Of a DNA stretch of 64,000 bases, positions 58,051-64,000 are shown piece by piece. Within the stretch, counting starts at the first letter, position 1, and the number at the start of each line of letters is the position of its first letter. The notes below the pieces were generated by a model. It saw only the letters and a program-made list of their open reading frames with translations. It was not told the origin of the DNA and did not search any database. The DNA is from Rhynchopus sp. YZ270_cl-10 (Eukaryota), in the NCBI GenBank assembly GCA_964035575.1, contig OZ037844.1, forward strand, positions 372,001 through 436,000. The letters run 5' to 3'. The position numbers and the translations under genes are program-made.

Positions 58051-60672
58051 CCGTTTGAGGGCAGATCCAGAGACACTTTTGTTTTGGATGAGGTGGACTG
58101 GGTGAGCGCTAGACCTTTGCCTATTCCGGCGCAGCCCGCTCTCCTTCAACATGGTTGCGTCTTCCCCTCATGCCCCGTCGCACATACCTCGCAGTATTGC
58201 TGGATCTGCGGATACGGCGCCCATCAGCAGTGTGTCAAGGATAAGCTCCCCACGCAAGCCATCGCCGCCGCTTTTCTCGTCAATTACCACACCGGTGAGT
58301 TTACCTGCCCTGTATGCGCCTGGGTGGACGAGGAGCCGGCCGATGTAGACCCTGTTGCGAACCTGCCTCAGCCGCCACTACACCAGGATCCTGAGCCTAT
58401 TCCGCAGGGGGACCCGATTCAGGACCAGCCGCAGCCTCAGTTGGCACAGCTCATTGCACAGCTCATCGCACAGCAGCAGGACCAGCCGCCACCGCAGCTA
58501 CCCGTACCGCAGGAACAGCAGCAGCCAGGGCACGTGGCGCAGCATCCGCAGCCGCCTGTGCTCCCGGCGCAGCATCCCGTACATCAAAACCAGCAGCAGC
58601 CAGGGCACGTGGCGCAGCATCAGCAGCCGCCTGTGCTCCCGGCGCAGCATCCCGTACATCAGAACCAGCAGCAGCCAGGGCACGTGGCGCAGCATCCGCA
58701 GCCGCCTGTGCTCCCGGCGCAGCATCCCGTACATCAAAACCAGCAGCAGCCAGGGCACGTGGCGCAGCATCCGCAGCCGCCTGTGCTCCCGGCGCAGCAT
58801 CCCGTACATCAAAACCAGCAGCAGCCAGGGCACGTGGCGCAGCATCAGCAGCCGCCTGTGCTCCCGGCGCAGCATCCCGTACATCAGAACCAGCAGCAGC
58901 CAGGGCACGTGGCGCAGCATCCGCAGCCGCCTGTGCTCCCGGCGCAGCATCCCGTACATCAAAACCAGCAGCAGCCAGGGCACGTGGCGCAGCATCCGCA
59001 GCCGCCTGTGCTCCCGGCGCAGCATCCCGTACATCAAAACCAGCAGCAGCCAGGGCACGTGGCGCAGCATCAGCAGCCGCCTGTGCTCCCGGCGCAGCAT
59101 CCCGTACATCAGAACCAGCAGCAGCCAGGGCACGTGGCGCAGCATCCGCAGCCGCCTGTGCTCCCGGCGCAGCATCCCGTACATCAAAACCAGCAGCAGC
59201 CAGGGCACGTGGCGCAGCATCAGCAGCCGCCTGTGCTCCCGGCGCAGCATCCCGTACATCAGAACCAGCAGCAGCCAGGGCACGTGGCGCAGCATCCGCA
59301 GCCGCCTGTGCTCCCGGCGCAGCTCCCAGGACAGCCGAATCAGCAGCCGCCTCCGCAGATGGCGCAGCTTCCTGCCCAAGGTCTCGCGCAGGCCATCGCG
59401 CAGCTACTCGGGCCTCACGCGGCCCCCCCGCCGGGTCCGCAGCAGCAGCAGCAGCAGCAGCAGCAGCCGGCACAGCTGATCGCGCAGCTCCTGGCCCTAC
59501 CGGCCCAACAGCCCCCTCCTGCCCAGCAAGCCCAGCCGCCGGCCCCGGGCGCGGCTCAGCAGCAGGGGGTCCCTCAGCAGGCGCAAGCCGTGCCCCAGCT
59601 TGATGCGCTGGCGCCGATCCTGCAGCAACTCTTGGCTCCGCAGCTGGCCCTACAAAACGTCATCCGGGACGTGGCCCAGCTGCGGAGCCAAGCCGGTATG
59701 GCCCTCCCCCACAATTTTAACCCCTTTTGTGCCATTGATTGGCGTCCCTTCCTCCACAACCCACAGAAGATCGACGTACTTCGCTGGAAGCTGAAGGAGG
59801 AAGGCGGCGCACCCGCGGTTGCCTTGCGCTCCCTCCCTGCCGCCGCTAGCGCAGAAGATTGTGCCCTCGCACAAGCGCACGACAGAGTGCACGCCACTCT
59901 CTCGGGAATGCGCCGCGAGGACCCCCCCGCCAACGACGACCGCTTGTCCGACCTCCACCAACTGCTCACTTGGGCATATCGGTGTTTGTTGGTCAAGAAG
60001 TATGATCTCGCAACGGGACATGCTTACCTTGTGCTGGCACTCGAGAAGGATTGGCAATCCTTTTCGAAGGGCCACCAGGCACGCTACTCCGACCAGGCCA
60101 TACGGACTGGGAAGGACGCGGCCCTGGATCGCAAGGACCGGTTTCGAGGGTCGCGGGGGTCGGGGAACAAGCGAGAGAGGGATACCGATAGGGAGCAGGG
60201 AAAGGGGGGGAAGCAGGGGGGGAAGCAGGGGGGGAAGCAGGGGGGGAAGCAGGGGGGGAAGCAGGGGGGGAAGCAGGGGGGGAAGCAGGGGGGGAAGCAG
60301 GGGGGGAAGCAGGGGGGGAAGCAGGGGGGGAAGCAGGGGGGGAAGCAGGGGGGGAAGCAGGGGGGGAAGCAGGGGGGGAAGCAGGGGGGGAAGCAGGGGG
60401 GGAAGCAGGGGGGGAAGCAGGGGGGGAAGCAGGGGGGGAAGCAGGGGGGGAAGCAGGGGGGGAAGCAGGGGGGGAAGCAGGGGGGGAAGCAGGGGGGGAA
60501 GCAGGGGGGGAAGCAGGGGGGGAAGCAGGGGGGGAAGCAGGGGGGGAAGCAGGGGGGGAAGCAGGGGGGGAAGCAGGGGGGGAAGCAGGGGGGGAAGCAG
60601 GGGGGGAAGCAGGGGGGGAAGCAGGGGGGGAAGCAGGGGGGGAAGCAGGGGACAAAACCTGCGACGCAATGA
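58048..60672 (+). CDS. ORF1, Gag-like protein with N-terminal PHD-like Cys/His finger, Q/P repeats and (GGKQ)37
   Basis: 874 aa; C-x4-C...CxxC-x4-H-xx-C...CxxC; first ORF of the element. Confidence 0.75.
58517..59322 (+). repeat. 75-bp (25-aa) coding tandem repeat, about 10.7 units
   Basis: [10 protein letters not shown](P/Q)[14 protein letters not shown] with alternating variants. Confidence 0.95.
60205..60648 (+). repeat. (GGGGGGAAGCAG) x 37 coding repeat
   Basis: 444 bp read directly; encodes GGKQ. Confidence 0.95.
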
Positions 60673-60676
60673 CTAG

Positions 60677-61663
60677 GGTCCGCTCTTCCGAGCAACTCTC
60701 ATCAAGATTCTTTTTACTCTCACCTTCTTTTTCCCCCCCCCCTCCAAGTGGGGACGTTCCCGTCAGGTAGTAGCGTCTTTGGGAACTTTTCAGAGGGAAC
60801 AGATCGAGGCCTCTCTCAGGGAAACCCTCGTTCAGTCCCTCGCCCCGTCCACCCAGTCCTCGATGCAGAGTGTTTTACGCACATACCTGCAATTCAAGGA
60901 AAACTGGGAGTGGGCGACGGGCCAGTCCCTGGAACACGCGGTGGCGGTACTCTTGTTTGCAGAAAAGAAGCGGGGAGAGGGGGCAAAAAAGTCCACAGTC
61001 CTTCAGTATACCATGTCCCTAGCGGGTGCACTGAAGAGGCTGGATGGAGACCTGATTTCCCACTCCCAGCTCGTACAAGATTATCGCCAGGCCCTCAAAA
61101 GAGGCGGCGCATTGCTCTCGGAGCGCCAGGCGAAACCTGCCCTGTTTTCACAGGTGCAGACAGTTCTGGATCGGCTTCCGATGGGGGTGCTCCGTCTCGC
61201 CATTGCTTTGTGTTGGGCGGGGGCGGCTCGTGCGTCGGACGTGCTGCGCTTGAGAAGGTCGGAGCTAGTGATTCGGTCGGACTCGTCGATCCAGGTGCAC
61301 TGGACAAAGACGAAGTCCGATCCTTATCAACTAGGTCGCTTCTCGGGAGTGGTGCTCCGTCCTCAAGAGACCCGTCTTCTTTTTGTTCACCTCTCCTCCC
61401 TCACCCCCCAACAACAACTTTTCCCTTTTTCTCTAACGACAAAGGTCATCTCGGACGAGTTGAAGAAGACCTGCCCGGCGCTCACGTCCCACTCTCTCAG
61501 AAGGGGGGCGGTGCAGCACCTGGTGGGCCGGAATGTGGACCTCGAGATGATTCGCCAGCTCACCCGTCACGCGGACGTGAACTCCGTCGTGCGTTATGCG
61601 CACGAGGCGGGGGGTTCGGTCGCGGCGAGTTCGGCGGAAACATCGCGACTCCTCCTATCCTAA
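60677..61663 (+). CDS. Tyrosine recombinase (start uncertain; frame open from 60677)
   Basis: N-domain SLAPST...Y..F; catalytic R (AARASDV), K (TKTKSD), HSLRRG, H (TRHAD), Y (VVRY). Confidence 0.92.
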   Translation, partial: GPLFRATLIKILFTLTFFFPPPSKWGRSRQVVASLGTFQREQIEASLRETLVQSLAPSTQSSMQSVLRTYLQFKENWEWATGQSLEHAVAVLLFAEKKRGEGAKKSTVLQYTMSLAGALKRLDGDLISHSQLVQDYRQALKRGGALLSERQAKPALFSQVQTVLDRLPMGVLRLAIALCWAGAARASDVLRLRRSELVIRSDSSIQVHWTKTKSDPYQLGRFSGVVLRPQETRLLFVHLSSLTPQQQLFPFSLTTKVISDELKKTCPALTSHSLRRGAVQHLVGRNVDLEMIRQLTRHADVNSVVRYAHEAGGSVAASSAETSRLLLS

Positions 61664-63393
61664 ATCCCGCTTTCCCCTCCCCTTTATTTACACCGTGTTC
61701 TCAAAGCTTGTTTACTAATCCTTCTTTTTATTCTGCTCCATTTTCTCCTTCCCCCCCTCCCTTTTCTGTGTCTACGTGTGAGGAAGAAGACTACGGGCCG
61801 GGCCTCGACTCGCTATATGATTCTGTTTGTGTGGTTAAGATTCATAAGTCGAGTGTCAGGGCCCCGGCTGTGGTTAGCCTTTCTGAGAAGCTTGCACCCA
61901 TTTGTTCCTCCTTTCTGCATTTGGATAGAGTGAAAGAACTGGACAGAGAAGGTGAGCTCAAAGGGATTTTAGATCTTATTACTGATCCCAAATGTTTTTA
62001 CTCAGCCTTCAGACCGGGGTCTCTGGACCTCATTTTTTCCAACCCCAGTGTTTTTTCGTCGTCTATCTCCAGAAACATGGCACACCATCTGGACAGGTTA
62101 TTGGAATACGGGGTTGTTAAACGTGTGTCAGCTCGTCAAACAGTGGTATTGCACGCATTCACCGTACCTAAGAAATCTGCGGGTGTTCGTTTTGTCGCAG
62201 ATGGGCGTAAATTGAATAAGTTAATGTACCGGCCTCCTGAGATGCTTCTTCCGAAGATACCTCAGGTGATCGACAGAGTTCTGGAGTCTTCCTGGGCAGT
62301 ACTTGCGGACGGCAAAAGTTGGTTTTACCAATTTGGCCTACACGAGGAAATCCAGGCTTTTTTCGGTATCAATCTGGGTCATCAGAGAGGAGATTTCATC
62401 CAAACCAGACTCATTGCTATGTGCATGGGGTGGTCTTTCGCACCTTGTATTGCTCACCGCACTGCGAGGGTGCTCCTCCCTGATGACTCGGGTGTTACCT
62501 GGGTGGACAACTTCATTGTTTTAGATAAGTCTCGCGAGGCTGTTACTTTTTCGTTTTCTCAGTTTTTAGCACGTTGTAAACACGTGAATGCTGTGCTAAA
62601 CTTAGAAGATGAGTTTTACGGTGAACCGTTGCAAGTTTTTTGTGCCTTAGGAATTGAGTTTGATTTGGTGAATCACCGTTTTCGCGCTGAGCACAAGTGG
62701 GTCACCAAGTTGTTAAACTGTGAGGAATGGGAAAAGGTCAAGTCAAATTCTTGCACTATTCGCCAATTTTTCAAAGTTTTTGGTTCTTTGGTGTGGAACT
62801 CTTATTCTGTTCGTTCACCCCTTTGCTACCTTCCATCTTCCCTTTCTTTTATCCGTGATGTGGCGCGGACCACTACCCAGTCACCCGAGGCGTGGGACTT
62901 ACCCCTCGATGTCAGGAGCTCTACCCTCGCCGAGCTCTCACTCCGTATGAGCGAAGTAGAGGTGAACAATTGGCAAGGGAAGCGTCCGACACAGGAGGTA
63001 ACTGTGTGGTCTGATGCGTCTCAGGAAGGGTGGGCGGCGGTTTTCGAAGGTGAGAAGGAAACGGTCGCTCAGGGTCTGTTTACAGAGAACCCCGAGTGGC
63101 ATATTTATATTAAAGAAATTTTTGCGGCGGCTAAAGCCATCCAACTTACCGCTTCCATGTTTAATAATAAAAAAGTTTTGTTGATGGTTGACAACATGGC
63201 TGCTGTGTACAGCATTCAACGGGGCCATTCGTCCAACTTCATCTCAAATACACTCTTGGCCAAATTATTTCGAATCGCTGAAGAAGCGAATTTGTATATC
63301 GTGTGCACTTGGGTATCTACTCTGGTTCAGAAGGCGGATCCCTTTTCACGGGATTCGAAAGCCAAGGATCCTATTTTATTGGATGAGTTGTAA
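60748..63393 (+). CDS. Reverse transcriptase-RNase H (DIRS/VIPER-type); frame continuous with ORF1 through a single TGA
   Basis: RT motifs FTVPKK, RFVADGRKLN, ADGKSWFYQF, MCMGWSFAP, WVDNF, LGIEFD. RNase H motifs WSDAS, HIYIKEIFA, MVDN, KADPFSR. Confidence 0.92.
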   Translation: MGTFPSGSSVFGNFSEGTDRGLSQGNPRSVPRPVHPVLDAECFTHIPAIQGKLGVGDGPVPGTRGGGTLVCRKEAGRGGKKVHSPSVYHVPSGCTEEAGWRPDFPLPARTRLSPGPQKRRRIALGAPGETCPVFTGADSSGSASDGGAPSRHCFVLGGGGSCVGRAALEKVGASDSVGLVDPGALDKDEVRSLSTRSLLGSGAPSSRDPSSFCSPLLPHPPTTTFPFFSNDKGHLGRVEEDLPGAHVPLSQKGGGAAPGGPECGPRDDSPAHPSRGRELRRALCARGGGFGRGEFGGNIATPPILNPAFPSPLFTPCSQSLFTNPSFYSAPFSPSPPPFSVSTCEEEDYGPGLDSLYDSVCVVKIHKSSVRAPAVVSLSEKLAPICSSFLHLDRVKELDREGELKGILDLITDPKCFYSAFRPGSLDLIFSNPSVFSSSISRNMAHHLDRLLEYGVVKRVSARQTVVLHAFTVPKKSAGVRFVADGRKLNKLMYRPPEMLLPKIPQVIDRVLESSWAVLADGKSWFYQFGLHEEIQAFFGINLGHQRGDFIQTRLIAMCMGWSFAPCIAHRTARVLLPDDSGVTWVDNFIVLDKSREAVTFSFSQFLARCKHVNAVLNLEDEFYGEPLQVFCALGIEFDLVNHRFRAEHKWVTKLLNCEEWEKVKSNSCTIRQFFKVFGSLVWNSYSVRSPLCYLPSSLSFIRDVARTTTQSPEAWDLPLDVRSSTLAELSLRMSEVEVNNWQGKRPTQEVTVWSDASQEGWAAVFEGEKETVAQGLFTENPEWHIYIKEIFAAAKAIQLTASMFNNKKVLLMVDNMAAVYSIQRGHSSNFISNTLLAKLFRIAEEANLYIVCTWVSTLVQKADPFSRDSKAKDPILLDEL

Positions 63394-63635
63394 TTCTTTT
63401 TACGGACTGGTTGGTCTTTATTTGTATAACAGTTTCGCACCGTTTTGTATCTCCACCTTAATTCTTCTAATTCGTTTCGTCTATTCCCGTTAAATTTGTT
63501 GTGGGAACTTGTCTGTAAGAATTGTTTTTCTGTTTATCTGTTCGCGTGGCGTCCCTCAGGGTCCTTAGGGTCCTGGAGGATGCGTCCAATGAAAATCACG
63601 TCGTGTAGAAGAGTTCAAGAATGTAGGTTTTATTA

Positions 63636-63897
63636 TTTTTGTATACAACAGACGAAGCGGTACGCGTACGGTTGTAAAGAAATAATACAGACCGAAATGT
63701 TTGGGCGTCTTCGGTTCGAATGATTGGAATTGTGTGTGTAGTTCAGACATAAATACTGGCTCTTCTATCTTGTTCTTTTATTCATTGTTTTCCTTTCATT
63801 GCCCTTTGCTTGTGCTCCCCGACTCCAATTCAACCAACACTTACAGAGGGGGGTCAAAAAGTTATTAGCGTTTTTCATTTAAAAAAAAAAAAAAAAA
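63636..63897 (+). repeat. Right direct repeat (245 bp + A17)
   Basis: Identical to the left repeat. Confidence 0.95.
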
Positions 63898-64000
63898 GAA
63901 GGAAAAGAGATAATTGGCGTTATTGTTGTTATTGGGATTTACAGTCTCACATTGTCTTTTTCGTTCGTTGTTCTATTTAGACACGTTGGGCCTAATGCGC

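Larger units (their letters stand above)
57774..63897 (+). mobile_element. Tyrosine-recombinase retrotransposon, gag-YR-RT/RNase H order (VIPER/TATE-like), apparently intact
   Basis: Three ORFs between identical 245-bp direct repeats, each followed by poly(A). Confidence 0.9.

Noticed and set aside
58463..60695. Antisense ORFs over ORF1 repeats (poly PPAS / LLPP / CFPP)
   Set aside because: By-products of GC-rich, stop-free tandem repeats.
7412..63393. Diversity-generating retroelement (RT plus variable ankyrin targets)
   Set aside because: The RT is DIRS/VIPER-type with RNase H and YR. No TR/VR pair is seen, and the ankyrin differences do not appear adenine-specific.

Overview
Eukaryotic protist genomic window. 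It is probably euglenozoan and diplonemid-like, inferred from all host genes lying on the minus strand, short GT-AG introns, multi-TM class III adenylate cyclases, a bacterial-type CAZyme and a VIPER/TATE-type retroelement. Main contents: (1) Nine intronless ankyrin-repeat paralogs with a near-invariant ~145-aa N-terminus followed by 2-6 copies of an exact 100-aa three-ankyrin module. The modules vary in number, are patchwork-shuffled between paralogs and vary at the binding-face residues, like a natural DARPin or variable-receptor library. (2) A 12-kb nested stack (15301-27239) of at least eight non-autonomous TIR elements, most with readable TSDs, plus pure microsatellite blocks. (3) Single-copy genes: a USP deubiquitinase, a spliced class-3 lipase/IQ-motif fusion and a spliced DUF6067/GH123-like glycoside hydrolase. 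(4) An adenylate cyclase gene and a frameshifted paralog. (5) An apparently intact tyrosine-recombinase retrotransposon (gag-YR-RT/RNase H) between identical 245-bp direct repeats. Its gag stop is a CAA-TGA-CTAG readthrough-type context in frame with RT, and YR is fully nested in the +1 frame. All calls were made by eye from the sequence; no database searches were run.
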